From IMG/VR virus record IMGVR_UViG_3300033407_000058, positions 1 through 39,064 of that record: a DNA stretch of 39,064 nucleotides; one strand, written 5' to 3'. Source of the stretch: a virus. Taxonomy: Duplodnaviria; Caudoviricetes. The first letter of the stretch is position 1; each line of letters begins with the position of its first letter. Below the pieces are notes generated by a model that was not told the origin of the DNA, did not search any database, and saw only the letters and a list, made by a program, of their open reading frames with translations. Below, piece after piece: positions 24,248-33,873 of the stretch. The translations under genes and the position numbers were made by a program.

Positions 24248-25072
24248 TTAAACCCCCTTTTGCTCAAAGCCCCGAAGGCGTAGAGCTTCTCTATAATCAA
24301 TTGTTATCTCTTCCCCGTTGCCCCCGGCTACGCAACCTGTGATATCCCGCAAGGCAATTAGAACGACATCTTCGCCGACCGGAAATACCCCCGCATTTGG
24401 TTTGCAAGAATGGTTTGTATACCTTCCCGCAGGAGTTCGCTTATCCCCAATCCTTGCTGGTGCTATAACCTCCCCCGTTGCAAACGGCGCCGAAGCGAAC
24501 AGCCCCTTCCCATGCAGCGGGGAAGTCCTAACGCAGGACTTGTGCCAGCCATATGGCATTTCTATCTGGTCTTCCTGGTTCTGCACTTCCAATACGACTT
24601 GCTCCGCGGGAATAGCGAATTCTTCCAGCAAGAGATAATAGTCTTCCCTATCGGCAGAGTAATCCACCTCCGCTTCCTTCCTGTAATGGTCTTTGGAATA
24701 CTCAGTCTTATCCAAAAACATTTCTTCCAACTTCTCCACATCCCGTTCTTCTGTCGCATAGACATTCTGCCAGATCATATCTTCCAGCACATATCCCACC
24801 TTCCTTCCCGGCGGACCGACAAAGGTCATTGGGGCTTCCAGAATAGTCTTTGTCCCATCTGGATTGAGTATGAGCACTTTCCCAGCTATAAAAACATTCA
24901 TATGATGGAATCGCTGAGAATGTCCAAGAGCAAGCACTCCAGCCTCCACCCGCATTTCTCTGATATAAAGGCCGGGGCCGAAGTGGTGGGAGACCGGGCA
25001 AGGGGCTTGTGGGAGCTGGAGCATCCGCTCTTCGATTTCAGCAAGGTTGACTGTTGGTAGGTTGTCTGGCAT
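24248..25072 (-). CDS. cupin-like domain fused to a SET (protein lysine methyltransferase) domain
   Basis: N-term HHFGPGLYIRE...G..H.N; C-term SPLHGKGLFA, RYTNHSCKPNA, ALRDI, GEEITIDY. Confidence 0.85.
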   Translation of the reverse strand: MPDNLPTVNLAEIEERMLQLPQAPCPVSHHFGPGLYIREMRVEAGVLALGHSQRFHHMNVFIAGKVLILNPDGTKTILEAPMTFVGPPGRKVGYVLEDMIWQNVYATEERDVEKLEEMFLDKTEYSKDHYRKEAEVDYSADREDYYLLLEEFAIPAEQVVLEVQNQEDQIEMPYGWHKSCVRTSPLHGKGLFASAPFATGEVIAPARIGDKRTPAGRYTNHSCKPNAGVFPVGEDVVLIALRDITGCVAGGNGEEITIDYREALRLRGFEQKGV

Positions 25073-25079
25073 GGTGTGA

Positions 25080-25117
25080 TATCCCGGCGGATTAATAAAT
25101 AATAATCCCGTTGAATT
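25080..25117. promoter_or_regulatory. paired palindromic box element 4
   Basis: TATCCCGGCGGATT-AATAAATAAT-AATCCCGTTGAATT. Confidence 0.75.
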
Positions 25118-25128
25118 ATTCTAAAGTC

Positions 25129-25845
25129 TTAATACCAATCAAAAGAGAGTATCAACTTTGCTCCCGTGTCTAGTGGAACTGCGTCTACCCTATATATACT
25201 TCCCACCTCCAAAACCCACTCTGCCGCAGCTCTACTTCTTCGTGCGGACCTGTCACCAAGTCCAACATAAAAGGAATCTATAAGCACCCCATCAGAACTA
25301 ACAATATCCTTAGTTATTGTAGTCGCGGGGGTATTGGAAGAATTTTGATTTCTATTGTGGGCTGTAAGCGCTGTGCCGCCGGTAAAAGTTGCTGATTTAT
25401 ATAAATCAACCCTCGCAGACCCATCATACACATCACAATTAATTAATAAGTGTGGCTGTTCAGTAGAAGTCTCTATCGCAAATTTTACGGTCGCGGTTCC
25501 TGGAATTCCTTCTGCCAGCGCTTTAAACATATTCCCAGCATGAACCTCGCTGTGGGCGCTGTCAATTGTTCTGGGAATTGCTTTAATAGCGTCCAGTTGG
25601 AATACTGCAATAAGTGAATCTTGTTTTCCTTCGGTAGAGGCTCCAGCGGGGAGGGGGAGGGCAGCTGCGCTGATTGGTTGAATTTCGGTTAGGGTGGCAA
25701 GCAGCCCGATCGAAGTATTTAATGAACCAACCGCAACTTCGACCGCCCCTATAGCCGCTTCCACAGCCTCCTGCGTTTCCTTTGTCGCCGGGTTGATAGC
25801 GCTTCCGGCTATATTAGCAAGTCTGGTCTGCTCATAACTGCTCAT
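25129..25845 (-). CDS. putative tail needle/fibre-type virion protein
   Basis: ATGA coupling at 25845; helical N-terminus and beta-rich C-terminus; synteny. Confidence 0.55.
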   Translation of the reverse strand: MSSYEQTRLANIAGSAINPATKETQEAVEAAIGAVEVAVGSLNTSIGLLATLTEIQPISAAALPLPAGASTEGKQDSLIAVFQLDAIKAIPRTIDSAHSEVHAGNMFKALAEGIPGTATVKFAIETSTEQPHLLINCDVYDGSARVDLYKSATFTGGTALTAHNRNQNSSNTPATTITKDIVSSDGVLIDSFYVGLGDRSARRSRAAAEWVLEVGSIYRVDAVPLDTGAKLILSFDWY

Positions 25846-26231
25846 ATTATAACATATCCCCCAGGAATTGGACAAAGTTGTACCGTAGTCCATTGAAAGT
25901 CAAGTTCTTTACTACTATCATCTTGGATAAACTCTCCATCTGCAGGTATGATAGTAATCCTTCCTGTACCAGCATTTGTTATACTTAATATATTTTCTCG
26001 ACTGGCGTGCGGTTGCAGGGTCACTGTTATAGTTCCTGTGCAGATTAGGTACAAAGTTGTATTATCGAGTATATAATCTTCTGAGACCTGTTTAACATTG
26101 AAACTTGAAGCAGTGACTAAATCAAGTCCAGTTTTAATGTGGAATAGAAAGAGGTACCACTCTCTGGATATCTGTCCAGACCTTTCGTCAATAAAAGGAA
26201 CACGCGCAGCCGGGCTTTGTGTCTTATTCAT
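25842..26231 (-). CDS. putative tail protein
   Basis: P.ARVPFID..G.ISREWY.F N-terminus; follows the gp10-like gene. Confidence 0.65.
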   Translation of the reverse strand: MNKTQSPAARVPFIDERSGQISREWYLFLFHIKTGLDLVTASSFNVKQVSEDYILDNTTLYLICTGTITVTLQPHASRENILSITNAGTGRITIIPADGEFIQDDSSKELDFQWTTVQLCPIPGGYVII

Positions 26232-27664
26232 GTCAGCGCTTCGGTAGCTTGTAACTCCGCCCCAAGTATTGTTATACGATTTGGATCGGTGCCAGATATC
26301 TCATATATCCGATCTCGACTTGAACCAAGCCTTCTCCAAATTACCCGATGCCTGGTTTCACCTATTTTTCCTAGGCTCCTCCAATGTTCATTACTCCAAG
26401 TATGTCCCCCATCATCTGACCACCGCAACATAACTTGTGGGTCAGTGCCTTGGCCAGAATTCAACCCGGGGCCGGCTTCGCAATCCAGCTGCAGCTGGTG
26501 GTGGATTAAGCGCTTTAAAGTGTTTGCTCCAGTCGGCAAGGCCCTCCAGGTTCTTAACCATTTTTGCGGGGACGTATTATCCGCATAGAGGTTTAAGTCA
26601 AAAGCGTAAATATTTCCGTTCTCATAGTCCCCAATATGCACTAGATTATTAAAAAGTATCTGACAACTCCCCCTATGCTGTTGAAGTTGGCCCTCGCTAA
26701 AAGCTGCCCGTTCGTGCCAGAGCATGGTCGCCGCATCATAAACAAGCGTTCTCCCTGTAACAGGAAAGGTTAGAACATAGAAAGAATGTCCATCTTGCTG
26801 GTAGGTATAAGCAGAACCTAAGGAAATATCCTGGAAGGTCTGAATGGTCGATTCTATTGGGTGGTCAGAGACTCTTCTTGCAGAATAGCCATCCGCGCGG
26901 TAGACAGTTCCCACCCCCCTTGCATCGGCCCCGAGCCAAAACAGGGAATTATCCATTTTGGCGATGGAGTGGGGAGCTAAGCAACCTACCTCCAAAAAAG
27001 CACCTTGGATGCGGGATAGCGGGAAGTCCAGTGCGCCGGAATTATAAAAGACTTCTATCGAATTCTCCCCAAAGACCCAGACCTCTCTGTGGTCTACGGC
27101 AAGGGCTGATATATTATCAGGATTGCCTTCGGCAGAGGTAAATTCCAACGGATCTATCGCAAGGCCGTCGAGCAAGCTGGTTACCCAAAACCGCTGGGAG
27201 TCCGGCTCATTGAATACAAAATATCCGTCTAAGTATCCAACAGTAACCGCACCGGGGAAATCCTCATCAGTTATCTCTGTGAATACCCCAGTATTCACAT
27301 TAAAAATAAACCCATCAGGGTTGCAGGCAATGAATATTTGTGCCCCGTTGTGTGCCAGAGACACGGGACCGGTGCCGGTGATCGTTCCGAGAAGTTGTGG
27401 GGGATTGCCACCTTCGGCATAGGTAGAACTTATACAATAGAAGTTCAGCCCCGAGGCAACATAGATATAATTTTCTATTCGAATCATCCCTCGTATCGGC
27501 CCTTCCCCAGCTTCCACCTTTAGCAGCAGCCCCGGGCACCGAGACAGAAAGCCCGGTTCCTTCCCGCCCTCCGGAATAATTTCTGGATAAAGGTTAACCA
27601 TTCGATTGTCGGCAGCATTGACCGACCTAGCAACGGACTGCCCACCAAGAATAGGGGTTTTCAT
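26228..27664 (-). CDS. packaged-DNA stabilisation / tail hub protein (P22 gp10-like)
   Basis: NLYPE, LDGYFVF, SAEGNPD, WVFGE.SIEV, L.WSDDGG.TW; beta-propeller-type sequence. Confidence 0.88.
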   Translation of the reverse strand: MKTPILGGQSVARSVNAADNRMVNLYPEIIPEGGKEPGFLSRCPGLLLKVEAGEGPIRGMIRIENYIYVASGLNFYCISSTYAEGGNPPQLLGTITGTGPVSLAHNGAQIFIACNPDGFIFNVNTGVFTEITDEDFPGAVTVGYLDGYFVFNEPDSQRFWVTSLLDGLAIDPLEFTSAEGNPDNISALAVDHREVWVFGENSIEVFYNSGALDFPLSRIQGAFLEVGCLAPHSIAKMDNSLFWLGADARGVGTVYRADGYSARRVSDHPIESTIQTFQDISLGSAYTYQQDGHSFYVLTFPVTGRTLVYDAATMLWHERAAFSEGQLQQHRGSCQILFNNLVHIGDYENGNIYAFDLNLYADNTSPQKWLRTWRALPTGANTLKRLIHHQLQLDCEAGPGLNSGQGTDPQVMLRWSDDGGHTWSNEHWRSLGKIGETRHRVIWRRLGSSRDRIYEISGTDPNRITILGAELQATEALT

Positions 27665-27665
27665 A

Positions 27666-28376
27666 TTAATAGTTCCCGGAATAGATATTAAACCTCTGTT
27701 GCCTGCTCAATAGACCAGCGGGAATTGCCATAATATCCTGCGGGGAATTGTTAGCTTTCAGTACGCGCTTGGAGGTCATGGCGATGCGCTGGGTTGAGGG
27801 GGGAGGTTCGAGTCCAAACTCCATACAGACCTCGCAAGCCAGGTTGTAGATAAACGCTCGCAGGTAGCCCGGAGGGACTATAACATCGGTTACGAGGTCG
27901 GAGAGCTGCGCAAGTTCCGTTATTGAAATCAGATGGAGTTCTATGTCCTGCGACGGGACTGGGTATAGGGAAATAGAAATGTCCGGTGCCGTCATGTTTA
28001 TGGACATCATCTGCGGGTGGGAGGAGGTCGCCGTTTTAAGGGCAATCCCATTATACTGCTCTTCGTTAAGCTGCTCCAAGCCATAGCTGATTCCAGATAC
28101 CTTATAATAGGAGGAATCATCTACCCGCTGCGGACGATTGCCGACCAGGGTGCCGGAAGGTCCGACGGTGTTGGAGGCGGTGCCAGCGGTCCAGGAGAAG
28201 GTTTGCTCTTGGGTTGAGAAAACTGATAGCCGCTCCGCGGACCAGGAATCCAGCAGGCTATTAAAGGCTTGCAGGATGTCAGCGGACTCCGAAGCGGAGG
28301 GGGTTTCCCCGCTGGCGAGAATTCCCCCACACTTTCGCATAGCCGCATTGATTATTTCGCCAGATGTTAGAATCAT
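27666..28376 (-). CDS. head-tail adaptor (P22 gp4-like)
   Basis: T.GEII..A....G.LA.GETP....D.L..FN.LLDSW; YNLA.E. Confidence 0.8.
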   Translation of the reverse strand: MILTSGEIINAAMRKCGGILASGETPSASESADILQAFNSLLDSWSAERLSVFSTQEQTFSWTAGTASNTVGPSGTLVGNRPQRVDDSSYYKVSGISYGLEQLNEEQYNGIALKTATSSHPQMMSINMTAPDISISLYPVPSQDIELHLISITELAQLSDLVTDVIVPPGYLRAFIYNLACEVCMEFGLEPPPSTQRIAMTSKRVLKANNSPQDIMAIPAGLLSRQQRFNIYSGNY

Positions 28377-28387
28377 CGAAGATCTCC

Positions 28388-28409
28388 AAAGCCCCCGGTT
28401 AAGGGGGCT
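28388..28409 (-). terminator. possible terminator after the capsid genes
   Basis: AGCCCCC/GGGGGCT hairpin with a short T-run on the - strand. Confidence 0.5.
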
Positions 28410-28436
28410 GGGGCTGGGGCTGGGTGTTGGATAGTG

Positions 28437-28862
28437 TTAGCCGATGCGGTATGCGGTCCAGGCGGCAACTCCCGTTTTCCGGAATCGCCAGGTGCCGGAT
28501 GAGCCAGCTGCGGTGGTGATTGGCAGTGTTGCCATACCTACCAGGGTGATCCCAGTTCCAGTAACAACAGTAATAACGCCGGAACTGGTGCCGAGATTGA
28601 TAATGGTGAGATCGAAGGTAGTATTTATCTTTTTGTTCAGTAAAGCCGCATCGAGCAAGGCTGCGGTTGGGAGGGTATAGTTGGCGGCGGAGGTGGAAGG
28701 ATCCCCTACTAATACTTTTCCTAAAATCTGCGCAACGGTTAGGGTTGCTGTTCCTGCTGCAGTTTGTGGCGCGGGGAGAACTCCGGTAATTACTTCCGAT
28801 TCCCGACCGTCCCCGACTTGATGTCCATTCCCTGCATAGGTGATATCGCTTGGTGCTGTCAT
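28437..28862 (-). CDS. putative capsid decoration / minor head protein
   Basis: T/A/G-rich beta protein directly after the coat gene; AGGAG RBS. Confidence 0.6.
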   Translation of the reverse strand: MTAPSDITYAGNGHQVGDGRESEVITGVLPAPQTAAGTATLTVAQILGKVLVGDPSTSAANYTLPTAALLDAALLNKKINTTFDLTIINLGTSSGVITVVTGTGITLVGMATLPITTAAGSSGTWRFRKTGVAAWTAYRIG

Positions 28863-28943
28863 TTTCTTTCTCCTAAGGCCTGGGGGGATAATCCCCTCCC
28901 AGGCCGATTTAATTAATAAGATCTGCCCTCGAAAGCGGGAAAC

Positions 28944-30161
28944 TTATCCCCAGAGTCGAACGGCGAGCTCCGGTCGAAGTACCTTAATCCCATACAGAAC
29001 GTCGATACGGCAGGGCATACGATCGTTGTTAATATCGTACTGCCGCACAATTCGCATGGAGATGCCATTGTGAACCTGGCGGGAAGCCATATCAACTCCC
29101 TGCGGCATGAGGAGATCGGCGGTTGCCAAGGTTATGGCATTTTCATGAAAGATGAGGTTTTGCGGATAGACCCCAGAAACTGCGCCCATAACGGTTGCGA
29201 CCGCAGTTGCTACTGGAAAAGCATCAACCGTTGCAAGCGCGTGCTCAGCGGTGTAGATCGCGGGGCTGATAGAAACAGTTGCATCGCCGGAAACAAAGGC
29301 AACATCCTCCTGCACCACGAATTGCTGCAAGGCTCCGGTGCTCACACGGGATTGTGGATTGACAGAATAGACCCCAGCAATAGTAAACACATCCCCCTTT
29401 TTCAGGGTGGTGGTTACCGAACCCTGCGTCAAGACCACAGAGGTAGCACCTTGGGCCGCGATGGTAGTTTTAACAGTGGTTGCGTTTTCGGTGCGGAGAA
29501 GGGTGCCGGAAGTGTGCGAGGCGATCCCCTGGCCCATAGCAATCTCGCTGTATCCAAGCACATCCGACCCCATCATACCGGTACGGAATTGCTTAGAGAT
29601 AGTCGGACCGGAATGGAACAAGCCCTTCAGACCTTCAACCAGACCAGCGTTGGCAGCGGGGTTGACTACTGCGATTCTTGGGTCCATCATAGCGTTGACT
29701 TCATTGAGCTTCTGCTGAGCTTGCAGCAGGACCAAAGAGGTTGTCGGAACGGTGCCGGGGGTGCCTACAGATTGGTAGACGGACTTGTAAGAGGTGGCTG
29801 CAATATCCGCTTCGATGCTGGCCGCAAGCTGAGAAATCCGAGGCTTGAGCTTCCTCTCCGCAAAGTCGTCGATATTCATCTTCATCTCAGCGGTGGTGAA
29901 GTTCAACCCAACGTGCTTTTGATTGGTCAGGGTCATGGTGGTGTGCTGTTCGTTGTCATCCTGTACGCCAAGCGCAGCCCCATCGGTTACCAAGCAGCGA
30001 TCGGGCAGACGCACTCGAAGGTCCGAGCCGATCTTCGCCCCCTCCACTGCGAAGGCGGAGTCGTACTGCCGATTGATGTTGCGGATCAAGGGGGAATTCA
30101 TTTCAAGTATATCGAGACACTTGAAGGTAATCATGTCAATGGTTAGACTGGAATTGCTCAC
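28944..30161 (-). CDS. major capsid protein (P22 coat-like)
   Basis: NRQYD..F...GAKIG..L.VRLP, GDVFTIAGV..VNP, RIDVLYG...LRPE; GTG start with AGGAG RBS. Confidence 0.92.
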   Translation of the reverse strand: MSNSSLTIDMITFKCLDILEMNSPLIRNINRQYDSAFAVEGAKIGSDLRVRLPDRCLVTDGAALGVQDDNEQHTTMTLTNQKHVGLNFTTAEMKMNIDDFAERKLKPRISQLAASIEADIAATSYKSVYQSVGTPGTVPTTSLVLLQAQQKLNEVNAMMDPRIAVVNPAANAGLVEGLKGLFHSGPTISKQFRTGMMGSDVLGYSEIAMGQGIASHTSGTLLRTENATTVKTTIAAQGATSVVLTQGSVTTTLKKGDVFTIAGVYSVNPQSRVSTGALQQFVVQEDVAFVSGDATVSISPAIYTAEHALATVDAFPVATAVATVMGAVSGVYPQNLIFHENAITLATADLLMPQGVDMASRQVHNGISMRIVRQYDINNDRMPCRIDVLYGIKVLRPELAVRLWG

Positions 30162-30172
30162 GGTTGTTCTCC

Positions 30173-30997
<825 letters not shown>

Positions 30998-31171
30998 TCC
31001 AGTCTCCTAAGACTCCGAGGATTCGCCTCGTTCGATTAATTGTGCTGCGCAAAGTGCGTTAGATTCTTGTAAACCAGCCCCGGAAATACTCCCGCCGTGG
31101 ATTGTTCTTGTAAAAAATATACTGTTCTCCGTTCATTCTCCCCCCCCCCTCCGTGCCGCAGGGGGCGCGGA

Positions 31172-31759
31172 TCAGGTTGTAACCTCAATATCTTTATCCA
31201 GGTTGTAAAAGCGGACCCGCCCAAGTTGAGCAACGAAAGTTTCTTTGGTTGCCCAGTTAGGGGCGGGGATAGATATATCGTAATAACTGTCAGCTCCCGG
31301 TACCGGGTTTTTAATTTTTCCGTCGATAACATCACAGGCAACCCGCAGGCATTGCTGCCACGATTTATCATTAGTTTCTGGCCAGGTTGTCAACTGCCTG
31401 TCCTTGGGGTCAGTCAAGCTGGAAAACTGCCAATTTTTAAAAAGCACACTCATAATATCTCGGCCCCACCATGACGGCCGGTGGACACGATTCAGGACAA
31501 CACAAGCAACTCCTGTTTGCACCTCAACAGGTTCTCCCCGTGATTCCCGCCAGATGGTGATCCCGAGAAACGTTCTGTCAGCCATACTCTGAGGGGTGAT
31601 CTCGTGATGTAACCCCTCCGGCAGGTCGCGCAGCAGTTGCCTGAGCAGGTCGGCGCGGACCATGGCCACGGTCAGTGGCGGATCGGTGACAACCTGGGCG
31701 GTGTAATACTCGATGACTGATTTCTCCTGATTAAGCAGCTGCTGGAGTTTTTCTCTCAT
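31172..31759 (-). CDS. endolysin, SleB/Hydrolase_2-type cell wall hydrolase
   Basis: TIWRESRGE, VA.VVLNRV, V....QFSS; start codon uncertain. Confidence 0.85.
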   Translation of the reverse strand: MREKLQQLLNQEKSVIEYYTAQVVTDPPLTVAMVRADLLRQLLRDLPEGLHHEITPQSMADRTFLGITIWRESRGEPVEVQTGVACVVLNRVHRPSWWGRDIMSVLFKNWQFSSLTDPKDRQLTTWPETNDKSWQQCLRVACDVIDGKIKNPVPGADSYYDISIPAPNWATKETFVAQLGRVRFYNLDKDIEVTT

Positions 31760-31890
31760 TACTTTTCACCTTCGCTTCCTTGAGTTTATTGTTGTGCTCA
31801 ACCGCCGAGTAAATCATAATCCCGGCAATGTCGCGTTCTTTGACAGGCTCCATGTTTAGCATCTTCTCAACTCGTTCGACTGGCGTCATT

Positions 31891-32331
31891 TCAGTCCTTA
31901 GATGAATTTTTAATAAAATGGCTCTTCAGCCTTTCAATTTCCTTATCTGTCCTGGCCCTGTCTTCGCGGATAAGCTCATGCTCCATTTTTGTGACCTGAA
32001 CCAATGTGTTAATAGCCGTCTCCATTCGACTTACCGATTTTCTGATGTCGTCAACCTGACAAGTTATCTCTTCTATTAAGCCTTGGACTTCGGCTTTGTG
32101 CCTGTCAGTCTTTACCGTTACCGATTTTTCAAACTCCTTACCCCTCTCAGCTTGAGATAAAGTAGCTGCCACCATCCATCCCATAAAAGCCAAAAGGAAA
32201 AACGACGCAACCAGAACACCTGTTTTTACCTGCGTTCGAAATGTCTCCATATCCGGGTGACTTTCACAATCGGTGCATTTTCGGCGGTCACCGATTCTCG
32301 GGTCAATGCACTCTATTTCGTTTTGATTCAT
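31891..32331 (-). CDS. single-TM coiled-coil membrane protein (lysis-associated?)
   Basis: One hydrophobic segment followed by heptad repeats; within the lysis cluster. Confidence 0.6.
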   Translation of the reverse strand: MNQNEIECIDPRIGDRRKCTDCESHPDMETFRTQVKTGVLVASFFLLAFMGWMVAATLSQAERGKEFEKSVTVKTDRHKAEVQGLIEEITCQVDDIRKSVSRMETAINTLVQVTKMEHELIREDRARTDKEIERLKSHFIKNSSKD

Positions 32332-32334
32332 CAA

Positions 32335-32652
32335 TTACAACCCCCAGACCAGTAGACAGAGTGACACCCCGAGCAGGGAACCGACCGCATAGCCTGGAAT
32401 ATCATGCCAATAGTCTGGTCGGACGTTGGTAGCCTCCTCAATAACACCCAGGGCAACCGGCGTTAGAAACGCAATTATCGGAACGCTGACAGCAGGTAGT
32501 CCCCATGTCGGCCACAGCATGACAGCTACATAGTATAGTACGATATAGACCAACACCGATGTGGAAAACCCCAGGGCAACATGCACCAGGTCATCAACCC
32601 AATAGGGCTGGCGGCTAATCCAAGCATTGATTTTATAAAACGGCGATCTCAT
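32335..32652 (-). CDS. multi-TM membrane protein
   Basis: Three hydrophobic segments; D.VH and EE..D..G polar motifs. Confidence 0.6.
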   Translation of the reverse strand: MRSPFYKINAWISRQPYWVDDLVHVALGFSTSVLVYIVLYYVAVMLWPTWGLPAVSVPIIAFLTPVALGVIEEATNVRPDYWHDIPGYAVGSLLGVSLCLLVWGL

Positions 32653-33182
32653 TTTTTAACCTCAGTCAGGTTGACAAGCGATGCGTCTTTAGTTTTGCTG
32701 CCCATCGAGCTGCCGAACCAGAAGGCCATGATTCTAGCAACCTCGCCAGTCAGCGCACCGATTAGCAAGAAGGCAATTGATTGCATTTCCTGAGAGATAC
32801 CGGCCTTGTTGGTCAGGATGAAATACAGGACGACGAAGTAGCCCACGACGAATAATCCTGACAGCCCCGCCTGCACCCTGCGGTCATCTTTTAGGTCGAT
32901 TCGAGCGGATCTGCGGTCTTCTACTTCGGCTTCGAACCCCTTGATCCCGAGTTCGCGCATCTTGACCTTGAAGCCATAGTCGGCGCTTTTTAGCTGAATC
33001 AGTTGTTCCGGCGAGGCATTTTGCACAGCAAAAGAAATCTCCTCTTCTGTGGCATTTGCCTTGCCCAGGAGAGTATCAGCAATGGCCTTGGTAGCCATTC
33101 CACCAAGCGGATTACCACCGGTCAGTGCAGTTCCAAGGGCGGGTGCTACGGTCCTCACTATTGCTTTCCAATCAAATGCCAT
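32649..33182 (-). CDS. holin-like membrane protein (3TM/GTA-holin-like)
   Basis: AP.LGTAL.G.P.GG.A, DR.SAR, two C-terminal TM segments, FWFGSS.GSK.KD. Confidence 0.8.
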   Translation of the reverse strand: MAFDWKAIVRTVAPALGTALTGGNPLGGMATKAIADTLLGKANATEEEISFAVQNASPEQLIQLKSADYGFKVKMRELGIKGFEAEVEDRRSARIDLKDDRRVQAGLSGLFVVGYFVVLYFILTNKAGISQEMQSIAFLLIGALTGEVARIMAFWFGSSMGSKTKDASLVNLTEVKK

Positions 33183-33363
33183 TGAATTTTCCTTTGTATT
33201 TGTTACACAACAGCCCTTCACGAACCTTTATCACCAACTGTGGACATTGGGAGAGGTATGCGCCTTCTTTATCCATCCGGTAACAGATTTCAGGACAGCA
33301 AGGAATAATATAATCAACTCCGCCGTCTACGTTTTCTCTGGGTTCTGGGTTAATTGACTTCAC
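33172..33363 (-). CDS. small Cys-containing hypothetical protein
   Basis: Fills the gap with GTGA coupling. Confidence 0.45.
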   Translation of the reverse strand: MKSINPEPRENVDGGVDYIIPCCPEICYRMDKEGAYLSQCPQLVIKVREGLLCNKYKGKFNGI

Positions 33364-33704
33364 TGGGCGATTCCTTCATGCAAGCTGATTCCGGCAAAGA
33401 CTCTGGAAGGAGTCTCGGGGATTACTACATAGGCAGCTAGCTCAGCGGGAAGAACCTCGACAGCAAGATTGACATGGAAGCCGTCTATAGGTGCCATTTC
33501 TGGATATTCATTGCCTTCGGCATCGATAAGAGTTTCCCCAGTAGGTTTATAGATTGTGCCTACCACATCAAGGGCATAGTCTTTGCTGCCGGTTATCCAA
33601 GAGCCAAGAGGTAGCTCATCCAGCCACTTATTGGTGGAAACATAGTCTATGAGTTCTTCCTTGGCTTGTTGTTCATCAGTGAATTTCAGACAGTATTGTT
33701 TCAT
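33360..33704 (-). CDS. hypothetical protein near the fibre gene
   Basis: L.F.DE..A, LDVVG.IY..TG, G.HVN, P.TP.RVFAG. Confidence 0.7.
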   Translation of the reverse strand: MKQYCLKFTDEQQAKEELIDYVSTNKWLDELPLGSWITGSKDYALDVVGTIYKPTGETLIDAEGNEYPEMAPIDGFHVNLAVEVLPAELAAYVVIPETPSRVFAGISLHEGIAQ

Positions 33705-33862
33705 GGTTTATCCTTAAATAATAAGCGTATTTGGTTTAATTTATCCTTACCAAATTCAGCACCTGTTGATATCTCCCACCAGCCTTTGTCATCATCTGTT
33801 TCAGTTTTATCAATACCTGCAAGAATCTCTTCGATCTGTTTTAGTATATCGGGTTTATCCAT
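33701..33862 (-). CDS. 53-aa hypothetical protein (not in ORF track)
   Basis: MDKPDILKQIEEILAGIDK...GWWE..TGAEFGK; GAGGA RBS; ATGA coupling downstream. Confidence 0.55.
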   Translation of the reverse strand: MDKPDILKQIEEILAGIDKTETDDDKGWWEISTGAEFGKDKLNQIRLLFKDKP

Positions 33863-33873
33863 TACTTATCCTC

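Noticed and set aside
29070-30146. 358-aa plus-strand ORF
   Set aside because: Antisense shadow of the major capsid gene
31074-31103. Possible sixth paired-box element
   Set aside because: Only right half-sites (GGAAAT, GGATT) are present and the spacing is not 24 bp
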